Assembly: GCA_017499595.2 (NCBI GenBank)
Contig: CM038999.1
Span: 868,001-932,000 of the forward strand
Direction of reading: 5' to 3'
Origin: Psilocybe cubensis
Taxonomy: Eukaryota
DNA length: 64,000 nucleotides
Part shown: piece by piece, positions 51,146-62,901 of the stretch
Layout of the letters: each line of letters starts with the position of its first letter
Position numbering within the stretch: position 1 is the stretch's first letter
The notes under the pieces: model-generated
The model's database searches: none
What the model saw: the letters and a program-made list of their open reading frames with translations, nothing else
What the model was told of the DNA's origin: nothing
Position numbers and translations under genes: made by a program

Positions 51146-52375
51146 TATGCCAGGCAGAGATCGAACGAGCCAAGTGGTGGCGGTGTTGGTCTTGCCACAG
51201 ATATGAATTACGTAATTCTCGCGACCATTCTCCTCTCACGTGAGGGTGATTCCTTTTGTAGGCACCAAGCATGATGCATCCACCAAGTTGTTCTCAAACC
51301 CTCAACTTGAACGCCGTCGTCAAGGGGAAATGGGAGGGCCCTTCAAGTGAAGGGTCTTGAATACACTTATCATTAATTTGTGAGCTGCTTCCTTCATCTT
51401 CTGTTTTCTCAATGATGCTGCTCAATTCACTACTCACAAGGATCAATGTTTTTCAAGCTTCAATACACTGCATTCTCTTATCTATGCGTCAATAAATGAC
51501 TTTTCTGACACAACCGTTTTACCTATTCTGTTGATCTCTACGGAACTGTATCAGGTGTCCATGATGTTCACTGTCCAATGCTTGAAGAATGTCAGCTCTC
51601 CCACGATATGACCTCGAGTCTCTGGTCCTTCTTTCTCTCACACCATTACCTCTTTCCGCGTGGTTTTCATCTCAAGAATAGGTATTTTCTCTCAATATCT
51701 CGGTGACATTGAACAAACTCCTATGAGACCCTTCACGGCAATCGCACCGGCAGCGCTCTCAGCGTGCGTGCACGCGTAGCTCCCAAATTGCGAGTTCGAT
51801 TCATGTAAACTTTATACCCACCGCCATAGGATGATCTCAACTTTTTTAGCATAACCGAATGTTCCTATGCAATACCTTATATAAACCATCTCACGCGATA
51901 AGAATTAGGGCGCTTTATATGCGCAATTGGATCAAAATCCGGGGAAGCAAAGTTGTGCTTCGAAGAGTGGAGAAGTGGTATTGCCTTCCTTCAATGGTCG
52001 GTGAAACTGTTATAGCTCGACTCCGAGAGCTAATGCCCCGCTTTATAGGCAATTAAATGTTCTCGGAACGCGTATGGCGAGTACGACGCTTTAACATGGC
52101 GCGGGGGTTGCAAATTGTCCTCGACAACAAGAGATATTAACATGTTGGCAACACAATCCCTCTGGATGCGGTTTGCCCCATCTATGAGGATATCCGTCAC
52201 AGATGTCGCTCATCGGTATAATGATTCTCGGCAACCCATGTCCCGAAGTGCTGTATTCATTGCACTCCCATTCTCAGAGCCGCATGCTGGTGTACATCAT
52301 AGCCCGCTTCTCGCTATATAAGACCTGACTTCATGAGAGATTGTACCTCAGAGGCTCTGCCCCCCTTCTTCCAGT

Positions 52376-55300
52376 ATGAAATCTGCGGCATTCTGGGCTC
52401 TTCTCCCCTCCTTGCTGAGCGCGAGCTTGGTCTACGCTGTGGTTCCGATCTCGAGCGTCAAGGGGAAGTCCAACCTGCCATTTGTTCCGAATAAATTCAT
52501 CATCGAAGTTGATACTCTATCGGATATCCCAACGAAGCGTTCGTTTACTAGAGTATGCTCTTTCTCTTTTTCATACAACCACCCGCTCATAAATACATTA
52601 AAGTCTTTGGATGCCGTCTACGCCTCTTTGCAAAATAGGGCTATCAAGTTTGACGTTACCAAAGAATTCGACTCCAATGGTGTTTTCGTAGGCGCAGCTG
52701 TGGTCCTCAACGTACGTTTGCCAGAACAATCTCAAATCTAAGTTTACCGGCTAACCACTACAACACAGAGTGCTCAGGTATTTAAAGCGACATCGTAAAT
52801 AGAAGCAGATGATTTAAAAGTTCTCAGGATGTCGCAGCGATTGCCAGCACCCCAGGAGTGAAAGCAATCCGTCCGGTCGTACGGTTCGCCCAACCGAAGT
52901 GCGTAACTTTCTTCCCCGACGTGCCACAATCCCGACTAAAATATTTCTCCTCCGCAGCCCAGTGAAGTCGCATGTCGTTACTGGACCAACTGACTCGCAG
53001 CTTCCGGTCGACTCTGAATCGACCCATGTGCTCACAGTGAGTTAGCTTCACTTGTCTAGTCCTTCAGAATGTTCTGATGAAAACTTTTTTAGGGAGTAGA
53101 CAAGCTGCACGCGCAAGGGATATCTGGCGCAGGTATCAAGATTGGAATGTGAGTTGTTCCATTTTTTGTTGGAATAGGAGGTTTACCAAGTTGGCACTTA
53201 GTATTGATACAGGCACCGACTACACACATCCTTCATTGGGAGGTGGTATTGGACCCGGTCATAAAGTTATCGGAGGGTTCGACTTTGTTGGTGACGCTTA
53301 TGATGGCAAGTAATTTTCTGAGTCTGACTATTATACACACAACTTATTCCTCTCCACAGGTACAAACACACCAGTCCCTGATCCCGATCCTCTTGACCAA
53401 TGTAACGGTAAGTTTCCCAAACAATTGGTAGACGGCATTGAAGATTCTTACATTCAAGCGTCTAGGACACGGAACCCATGTTGCTGTAAGCTTTCATAGA
53501 TAAAGATAATGCTAATGCATATCTTATTAACATCATGTGTCCTAGGGAATTATTGGGGCGAACCCAGGTAACGCATTCAACATCAGCGGTGTAGCTTTTA
53601 GCGCGTCGATCTCCTCCTATCGTGTATTTGGATGCACAGGATCGGTCACGGATGATAGTATGTCCCGTCCACTGTTCTAGCGTGCCCATGTCGATAATTG
53701 ATTCTCTTTTTAGTTCTCGTCGAAGCCCTTCTACAAGGTGTGAAAGACGGACAAGACATTTTGACTCTTTCTCTGGGTGGTGCCGACGGTTGGACGGAGG
53801 GCACGGCAACTGTCGTAGCGAGCAGAATTGCAGGCGCCGGCAAGATAGTGACTATTGCTGCTGGAAATGACGTATGTCGGATTTAATGCGATGTTGTGGT
53901 CTATGCACATTTTCTGACAATGCTGCTTTCCACAGGGTGCATTTGGGTCGTGGTTTACTTCTGGACCAGGAAACGGTATCAATGTAATCTCCGCTGCTAG
54001 TCTCGACAAGTAAGCGTGTATATGCACGCCGTGTTTAACTGTGCTGATACTGGCCCAGCACTGTTATTCCTCTGCAGAACGCGACTGTGCATGGCGTTGA
54101 CCATCCTCCCATCACATATTTCGACACCTTCCCGCTTCCTGTTCCCGGAAACCTTCCGATCTTTGCTACGTCGAATGACACGACCGTCGTCGATGACGCG
54201 TGCAACCCTCTTCCAGACAGCACCCCCGACCTGTCCAAATTCGTGGTCGTCGTTCGTCGTGGTACCTGTACCTTCGTGAGTATATCTGAGCGGGTAGATG
54301 TACACTTTGTTTATTTGTTTTATACTCTTTATAGGTCCAGAAATTGACCAACATTGCGGCGAAAGGAGGACAGGTCTCGTTGATTTACGAGTAAGCTCAG
54401 ATATCGCTTTGAATGAATAACGTGCACTTACCTAACCGTTCAGTAACGGAAATGGATTTGCTGATATCACAGTCGGAAACTTTACCGCCGTCCTCATCCA
54501 AGCTGCCGACGGTGAATTCGTGAGTTTGCAATACCTTTTATTCTGCCACTTGCTAACGTAGTATTTCAGCTTGTACAACAATTTGCTGCAGGTGTACCCG
54601 TCACCATCTCCTTCCCGCAGACCGGCGGCTCTTTCAACTTCCCAGACCCTGCAGGTGGTCTCATCTCATCTTTCACAAGGCAAGTGCTCTAGCCCAACAG
54701 CGTAAAACGTTCACGAAGCTCACGCTCACCATGTTGCAACTGATAACAGCTACGGCCCAACAAACGACTTCTTCTTCAAACCCGCCGTGGCCGCACCGGG
54801 CGGGAACATCCTCTCAACATTCCCCGTCCCGCTCGGCTCGTTCGCCGTGCTCTCCGGCACATCAATGGCCACGCCCTTCCTCGCCGGAAGCTCTGCGTTG
54901 CTGCTGAGCGTGAAGGGCAAGTCGGCGGCGGTGGCGACGTCCGCGCGGACGCTTTTTGAGACGACGGCGCAGATGATTGGATCGAGTAAGACGGATGGTG
55001 CGCCGCTACAGACGCTCACGCAGCAGGGCGCGGGCTTGGTCAATGTGTTCAATGCGATTCATACGACGACGGTTGTCTCGCCTGGAGAGTTGATTTTGAA
55101 TGATACGGCTAATTTTAATCCTGTGTATGTCTTTTTTTCTTTTTTGGTCGTTTGGTTTTTTGGGTTGTTTGTTATTAATTTTTTTAAAATATTTTTTGCG
55201 TTTTATTTGCTGATGCGTTGAATGTGGTTTAGGCATCAGTTTACAGTGAAGAACACTGGAACTTCGGCAAAGACGTTCAAGCTGTCGCATATCCCAGCCG

Positions 55301-56377
55301 GCACCGCGTTGACTGTCCAAGCAGTACGTTTATTACACTCGTACCTTTCTATCCCATCCCACTCACACATACATGACCATGGTGATTCCAGGGCACAATC
55401 TTCGCCTCAGACGGACCGGTACCCCTCGTCCCCGCCGGCGCATCCGTTACACTCGCACCCCCAACCTTCACCCTCCGACCAGGGCAAACCCAAACCATCA
55501 CAGCCATCTTCCACCCACCCCCCCAATCCGCATTCGATACTTCCACATTCCCCGTATACTCTGGCTTTATCCAGATCGCCGGCCCCTCTGCGCTTGATAT
55601 TCTTCACGTCAGCTACCTGGGGCTTTTGGGGAGTTTGAGGGAGAAGCAGGTGGTGGATGATACGGATGTCTTTTTTGGGGTGCCGTTACCTGCCCTACTG
55701 GATTCGCAGGGGGATGTGCAGGATTCGCCGACGAATTATACGTTTGTGGGGGATGATGTGCCGACGCTTTTATGGAGGTGCGTGCGGTATTGTGTTATTT
55801 GTTTGTGTGGGCTCTGCGATGTCTTTTTTTTTCTAACTCACCGCCTCCGCCTTTCCCCTTTTCCCTTGCCCTTGTTGGATTCTTTTTAGATTGGCGTTCG
55901 GAACACCCGCGTTCCGCGTAGACCTCGTCAATGCGAATATCAACTTTAAACCGACCATCACCTCGCGTGCTCTAGGAGGGTTTGGGGGACTTGGACCATT
56001 CTTCAGCTTCCCGTCGCCGCATGGAGGCGGCACGTTCGCGCAGGTCAAGATTGTAGGCGCGCTGGCCGAGTTTGATTTTGTGAGCCGGAACGACGATGTG
56101 CGTGTCCCCCTTCCCCTTGCCCCGTCTTAATATATACGTACCTTTACTAAAACCTTCCGCCTTCCGCCTTCTGCCATCTCACAACATACAGGACACAAGC
56201 GCGACAGGCGACGGCTTCAGCTCGTTCGTGCTCGACACGCCGACGTTCGCGAACGGGACGACGATCCCGAACGGCGCGTACCGCGTGCTGGTGCGCGCGT
56301 TGAGGGTTACGGGTAATCCGGCGCGAGAGGAGGATTGGGAGTCGTGGTTGAGTCCTGTTGTTGGTGTGTTTGCGTAG
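52376..56377 (+). CDS. Secreted subtilisin-like serine protease (S8, pyrolysin-like, with PA and Fn3-like domains)
   Basis: Signal peptide. Catalytic Asp (IDTGTDYTHPSLGG), His (NGHGTHVAGIIGA) and Ser (SGTSMATP); oxyanion AAGND. PA domain DACNPLP...VVRRGTCTF, plus FTSYGPT and QQGAGLV. More than 20 short exons. Confidence 0.95.
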
Positions 56378-56474
56378 GTGGTGTTCGTGGGTGTTATAGG
56401 ATATGAGGAGATGGGGGTATACACTTGTACTTTTTTATTTTTATTTTTCTGAAAGGATGCAATGCAATGCAATC

Positions 56475-58314
56475 GGGCACCAGGAAATCAGCGTGGTTAG
56501 CCCGCGTGCGACCTATTTTTGCGTGCCACGCATAAATGCGAATCGGTAAATTTGCGTGTCTTTCACATAACCTTGCGTGCAACATACTGTATAAAATTCA
56601 AATAAAGAGCAGTGAAGCTATTTTTGCAAGCAATGTAGTATGCTACGCATTCAGTTGTACTAAATAATAACTGACATCCCACTGCCTTTTCTTTGGAATA
56701 GGCCCAGGTTTAGGACGAGGGCTCTTGGGTTGAGCTTCTACCTTCTTTTTGGGTTGATCGATGTACTTTGGACCCGGCCTCATACAACAATACTAAGATA
56801 TGATTATACTATTAAAAATTGTAACACATACCAGCATCTTCTCTACCAGGATCTGAACCATTGGATGGGGCCTGCTCTTCCACTTGTTCATCATCCAGCA
56901 AACTCGGTGGATATTCCCCTTTAGTAAGATGGTCATCTACTCTATAGGCGTGTCCGGTCGCTCCAGCTCTCCAGTGTTGGAGTTGGAGTCATCGATCTTC
57001 ATGTAATCTTCATCGGATATACCGGCTTCCATGGTGATGTACTCGATGGCATTGTCAAGTCTTTGTGTCCATGCCTGGCGTTTGAAGCGATCAAATAACG
57101 TGAAGGCTTGCATGTCGAAAAGACAAAATTGTCATTTTTCTTCAAGTTCACCATTTGATTGGATATTACCGATCATAAACCGTTGCCGATTTTATTGCCA
57201 ACCCTTGGTTGCGGAGTCGGAGATTGTGGCGAGGCGCATGCCGAAGGACTTGGCATACCAAACCATCCCTCGAGTTCATTGTTTGTACTGTATGGCCCCT
57301 CTAACAACAAATTATTTCATTGTAGTTCTACAGGTTCCGAGCCTCAAACACCTACACTTATCATGTATTATAGACTTTTAAAGGTATATATCTTGATTAA
57401 TCCAAGTACATTATAAACCGTGTAATAATCTACATCCTAACTGCTTGATACCCGTGGTGATGGCCGCACATGGAATTGGAGTACAAGGACATACTAACAA
57501 TACATTATTACACACCAAATAATGATAAATGAACACTAATGACCACTGTTACATTACAATCCTACGTGTGACACAGCTGTGACAAACTTACTCTTTTCAC
57601 ACTTTTCACCGTAAAACCTTGGATGAACTGCAATAAAAAAATGTATTCAAGTATGTAAAGAATGTATATACACATAAGTGCCTTTAAAATTTGAGTAAGT
57701 GTTGTCAAACCAGTAGAAAACATATGGATGTTATCTGCCACCCCGATGTTATCTGCCAGCCGAGGTGCCGCAACACAGCCACATTTGCGCACTTCGTATT
57801 CAATTCACGCTCGACGGGCATCCTGGTTTGATTTTTTGAGGCTCTTTGAGTGATATTCTAGATCATATATAAAGTATAAAATACCCAGGTAAAAAATATC
57901 AGAGAAGTTTAGAGTACAGACAAAGTAAAATATACATGTTTACATGGACCATTTCTTCAAGGACGCGCCGCGTCAGCGCGAAATTTTTGAAAATATGCCT
58001 CTCGTTTCACACGGTATTTCACAAAATTTATGTTTGTGACAATCCGTAACATACATATTCTTGAGTACTTTCAAGTCATTAAGTTTCTCTTCAAAATTTT
58101 AACAAAAATAAAGCATCGTGAAGTCTCTCTCTCTCTTTTTCTCTCCATTTTTTTGGTCATTTCCCGTTTGGGACACCCACTCCTATGAACGGAAAACATC
58201 AATACTACATGCGTGCAGAACACAGTTGTTCAATGCGCAAAAATGCGTGTCGCGCAGGCACATGCAGAAACGCACGCACGCGAGCAGAGCAGCCACGCTG
58301 ATTTCTGTATGCCC
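56475..58314. mobile_element. Non-autonomous TIR DNA transposon with 9-bp TSD (Mutator/MULE-like)
   Basis: Left end GGGCACCAGGAAATCAGCGTGG; reverse complement of right end GGGCATACAGAAATCAGCGTGG. Identical flanking 9-mers AATGCAATC at 56466-56474 and 58315-58323. GCGTG/CACGC-rich subterminal regions. Confidence 0.82.
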
Positions 58315-59521
58315 AATGCAATCGAATCAAAACACAGTTCCGCCCCGTCCCAAGCAAGATTGGTATTTTCGTTTTTTCAGATTACGAAGCAATTAAGTAG
58401 CGACAAGTGATACAAATAATCGCCTCCCCCCCCTCCCCGCGCAAAACTAATGCATGCATGTATGCATGTATATTCGACATCCGACCCGACATCCGACACC
58501 CAACATTCGACATTGCATCACATTCAATTCACCGGTCAGTCACCCGGAATTTTAAAATTTTAAAATTGGCAATGCCAGTTGAGTCGCAGTAATAACAGTA
58601 TTACTTTACTTGCACCAGTGAAGTAAAGTGGCCGCGCAGGTCACGTTGCGTACTGCCTGTGCATTGTGTGGTGCGATGTGGTGAGAGGGGCGCGAGGGAG
58701 TGAGCGGTCGAGCGATGGAGGCGCGCCGCGGGCTGGGTGGCAGCGCAGTCTGCACTCTGCAGGGCGTGCTAGTTCATCGGCCTCAAAGGGGATGTCGTTT
58801 ACGCGTTTGATGTCAAGGTAGAGGGCTATTGGACGGAGTGGGTGCTAACTAGCCAATGAGGATAAAGGGAGCGGTATGCGTGTCTGGCCAGTCCATTTGC
58901 AGGATTATTTGGGTGAGCAGTTCTCGGGGTAAGGATCATGTAACATGCAGAGGTGGGTACTCGGAGGTTGATCGAATTTTGCGACGGGGTAAAAAAGAGA
59001 CGTTCCGTGAACGTCGAGAATAGATCTAGCTGTGTAGAAAATCGGGTATTCTGTCCTAATTTACCTGTGAAGCTGGGGATTCGTGGGGATGGGACATGGT
59101 TACGCGTGCAGGATGCAAGGGAGGTTATTGACAAGGATATAGGGGAGAGCTGTTACATTGAGGAGGATGAGCCCGCGTACCAGGCACTACCTTGGACCCT
59201 GCCCAGTGCAGGCTCACCCGGGGTGGACGCTGCAAATAGCATCCCACTGGCAAACCTCAATCCATCCACCCACACACATTATCTCGCTGCGCACGTGATG
59301 ATAATCAGTGTAGATGGCCAGTTCTTCGCTGAGGAGATGTAGACAGACAAGAGACGCGTTTTGAGGAGAATGAAATTCAGAGTAATGAGGTTGAGAGGAG
59401 GGATAGAGAGGGGTAAAGGAAGAGGGTTAGCGAGACTCGGAGTAGGTGACATATCGTACGATATATAAGATCGTTCCGCCGCGCTGATCTGCACCTCATC
59501 TCTCCTCCTTCTCCTTCCGCC

Positions 59522-60863
59522 ATGGCCACCGTGTACGAAGCCACCGCCTCTGCCCCCGTCAACATCGCCGTCATCAAGTGCGCGGTTACCTCTATCTCTT
59601 CTCTCATCTATATTCACAAATAACATTCTAGATACTGGGGCAAGCGCGACACCAAGCTCATCCTGCCCACCAACTCCTCTCTCTCCGTCACCCTTGACCA
59701 GGACCACCTGCGTTCCACCACCACCTCCCGCGCTGACCCCTCCTTCACCGAGGATCGTCTCTGGCTCAATGGCAAGGTCGATGAGATCACCCCCGGCAGC
59801 CGCCTCGCCACATGCATCGCAGAGATGAAGCGTCTGCGCAAAGAGACCGTCGAAGACAAAGACCCCAACGCGCCTAAAGTACGTCCTTCCCCATCCATCT
59901 CTGCTCTATACTCATACTAACCCCCCACACCAGCTCTCAACGTACAAAGTCCACATCGCATCATACAACAACTTCCCCACCGCCGCAGGCCTCGCATCCT
60001 CCGCATCCGGCTTCGCCGCCCTCGTCGCCTCCCTCGCCCAGCTCTACGCCCTCCCCGCGTCCCCCTCCACCCTCTCCCTCATCGCCCGCCAAGGCTCCGG
60101 CTCCGCATGCCGCTCCCTCTTCGGCGGCTTCGTCGCATGGGAAATGGGCGCCCTGCCCTCGGGCGAAGACTCCCTCGCCGTCGAGATCGCGCCCCGCGAG
60201 CACTGGCCGCAGATGCACGCCCTCATCTGCGTCGTCTCCGACGACAAAAAGGGGACCTCCTCAACGTCCGGCATGCAGCGCACCGTCGACACCTCGCCCT
60301 TACTCCAACACCGCATCGCACACGTCGTGCCACAGCGCATGGCAGCGATCTCCGACGCCATCCGCGCGCGGGACTTTGACACCTTCGCCCGGATCACCAT
60401 GGCGGACTCGAACCAGTTCCACGCGGTCGCGCTCGACACCGAGCCGCCGATCTTCTACATGAACGACGTGTCCCGCGCGATCATCGCGCTGATCGTCGAG
60501 TACAACCGCCTGGCGCTCGCACAGGGGAAGGGGTACAAGGCGGCGTACACGTACGACGCGGGCCCGAACGCGGTGATCTATGCGCTCGAGGAGAATATCA
60601 AGGAGATCGCGCAGCTCGTGACGGCGTATTTCCCGCAGCGCGCGGGGGAGTTTAAGGATGTGTTGGGACTTTACGGGGACGCTGCGAAGGATATCAATTC
60701 GGAGGCCAAGGTCCCGGAGGGGTTCAATGAGGCTGTGGCGAAGCGCTTTGAGGTGGGCGCTGTAAAGGGCCTTATTCATACCCGTGTGGGCGATGGACCG
60801 CGCAGGCTCCCTGCTTCCGAGAGTCTCCTCGCGCCGAGTGGGTTGCCTAAAACACTTGCTTAA
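59522..60863 (+). CDS. MVD1: Diphosphomevalonate decarboxylase (ERG19)
   Basis: [17 protein letters not shown]...[62 protein letters not shown] and [11 protein letters not shown]. Two introns. TATATAAG at ~59462. Confidence 0.98.
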
Positions 60864-61448
60864 TTTATTTTTCTTTTGCTTTGTTAGAAATGGATATCTA
60901 GATGTGATGTGATGTGAAATTCAAAGTTGTAAACTAAACTAAATTGGAGGGAAAGGGAGAGGGAGAGGGGAGGGAGGGGTGTTATGATTACTTGTATCAC
61001 TTTGTCGCTATTTAATGGCTTCGTAATCTGCAAAAATAAACAAAAAAAAACAAAGACGAATTTGTGCAGAATCCAGATAGAAGTCTGAGGCTGTCTATCG
61101 TCGAACATTTAGAATGCGAAAGAATGTGCGGGTGCGAGACTCCCGGCTCTGACTGTGGCTGGTCCACTCAGCACTGGAGGCTGGTTGACCGGTGCCCAGT
61201 GACTTGTTGTGCGTGTTTCCTTTCGTTATTTCTTTCTTTTGCCTTGTATTTTTTGTCTCTTCTCTTCTCTTCTCTTTTCCTTTTTTCCTTTTTTTCACTT
61301 TTCTTATACCATTTATCTACGCGTATTCTCATCCTTCAAGAGTCAACACTGAATATTGGGCACGAGCACGAGCATGGGCATGGGGATGGGCGCTTAATTG
61401 TCCGAACACGATTATTGGGTCGTATCGAGTTATCCCCGATTGTCAACC

Positions 61449-61587
61449 GTCAAGACTAAGACTAAGAGTCAAGAGTCAAGAGTCAAGCGTCAAGCGTCAA
61501 GTGTCAAGACTAAGAGTCAAGACTAAGAGTCAAGAGTCAAGAGTCAAGAGTCAAGAGTCAAGAGTCAAGAGTCAAGAGTCAAGAATC
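61449..61587. repeat. Heptamer microsatellite (AAGAGTC)n with variants (AAGCGTC, AAGACT)
   Basis: About 20 tandem 6-7-nt units are directly visible. Confidence 0.95.
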
Positions 61588-62901
61588 AGATTCCATATGG
61601 CACATAATCATTCAATATTCATTTCCCATCTTCAAATTGACCAAACCTCCAGCTTCAGCATGTGGTATTTGGGTACTACTATGTTAATTATGGCACTACC
61701 CTACCAGATATCGAAATACTACTACTACAGATTCAACGTAACTTTTAGTAGACACTATTTAGTATGAGCAGATTCGTCGGTATTACGAAGCTTTAATCGT
61801 AGTATAACCTACATGTAAAACACGTTCCATGACAGATGCAAGCTCAGATGCCTCCTCATTCATCCCTGCCGCGCTCTATCGGATGCACTGTGAGTTCAGC
61901 CCACCAACTTAAGGCAATATCAGCCATAGATAATACAAGCAAACTAAAAAAAAAAAATATCAACTGTGCTGTTTCTAGATTCAGCTGCGAACTGCCCCGC
62001 TTGAGTCCGAGTTCTCCAACTCAAATTGAGATACAGAATCGCTCAAGTAAGTAAGTTCGTCTTTTTGTTTTTTTGAGTTGCTTGGAATGGGGATCGGAAT
62101 CGTCTTTGAAGGTGAGGTTTTCATTCAGATCGAATGTAATTGTTGTTGTTGTCGCGTACATGCATTTTGAGCTTGCTGTTGAGGTCGACAAGGGTACTAC
62201 TGTTTTGACAAACACGATCAGAGAGGATCAGAGTTCAAGTTTGGTTGAAATATTCCCAAATACACTGAAAAGTCTCTCATAGGACGCTGAATTGGCCAAA
62301 ACCCAGACAAAGTTGGGATGCAAAGGCAACAAAAATATTTAGGTGGTGGGGCGCCAGTATTGGTTATTAATCTCAAGACATGTAGCGGGTCACCGGTCAA
62401 GGTTGGCAGGACTAAAATATGATAATAAACATCTCTCTTGGCCAGTTGATGCCGTGGTTCGATTTTGGAATAGCGCTGATGGCATTGGCACTAAGTCAGC
62501 ATTGACAGCCGAATGGATAACGCCATGACCGCTATGAGCAGTCACTAACCGTTTCTGACTTTGATTTTATGACCGTCATCCTTGAGCTGACCGCCCACCA
62601 CCAGTGATTCAATTTCAACGACAGTTAGACGCCGAAGCCGGAGAAGACGGCCCGGATACCCGACACCATCGCGTTTCTTCGGCAAGTTCTTGACCATCCG
62701 GCGGCCTCATGGCGCTCACTGTGTCGTCCGCAACCACGGGTTCACTAGTACCATTGCCCACAATCCACTACATCGTGTATGTAACCTTGTCTTTGGAATA
62801 CCTCTGGGTACAAATCGATCAGCAATCCGTCCTTCCGTCCTTTCCCAAACACCGTCGTAGGGCAGTATCAGTATCCAACTGCGTTTCAACTTTCCGGCGT
62901 C

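Noticed and set aside
51240..51760. Possible decayed coding or TE fragment next to the MITE
   Set aside because: No sustained reading frame, terminal repeats or recognisable motif.
58930..59335. U3 / box C-D snoRNA on the plus strand (AGGATCAT, GAGGATGAG, GTGATGA...CTGA)
   Set aside because: The box A match is partial, spacings do not fit U3, C and D are only ~27 nt apart, and the hairpin wobble pairs favour the minus strand.
58953..59342. 129-aa plus-strand ORF upstream of MVD1
   Set aside because: GTG start, no recognisable domain, no intron or codon-bias support.
59614..60779. Long antisense ORFs within MVD1 (and similar ones in CCP1 and the subtilisin gene)
   Set aside because: Expected shadow ORFs of GC-rich codon usage.
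59522..60863. MVD1 as a cluster-dedicated isoprenoid supply gene
   Set aside because: It lies 17 kb from the OMTs beyond several housekeeping genes, and no terpene synthase or prenyltransferase is present.
61064..61767. ORFs of 131 and 191 aa containing (RVKSQES)n
   Set aside because: They arise from a pyrimidine tract and the AAGAGTC microsatellite. There are no Kex2-type or other RiPP precursor features.
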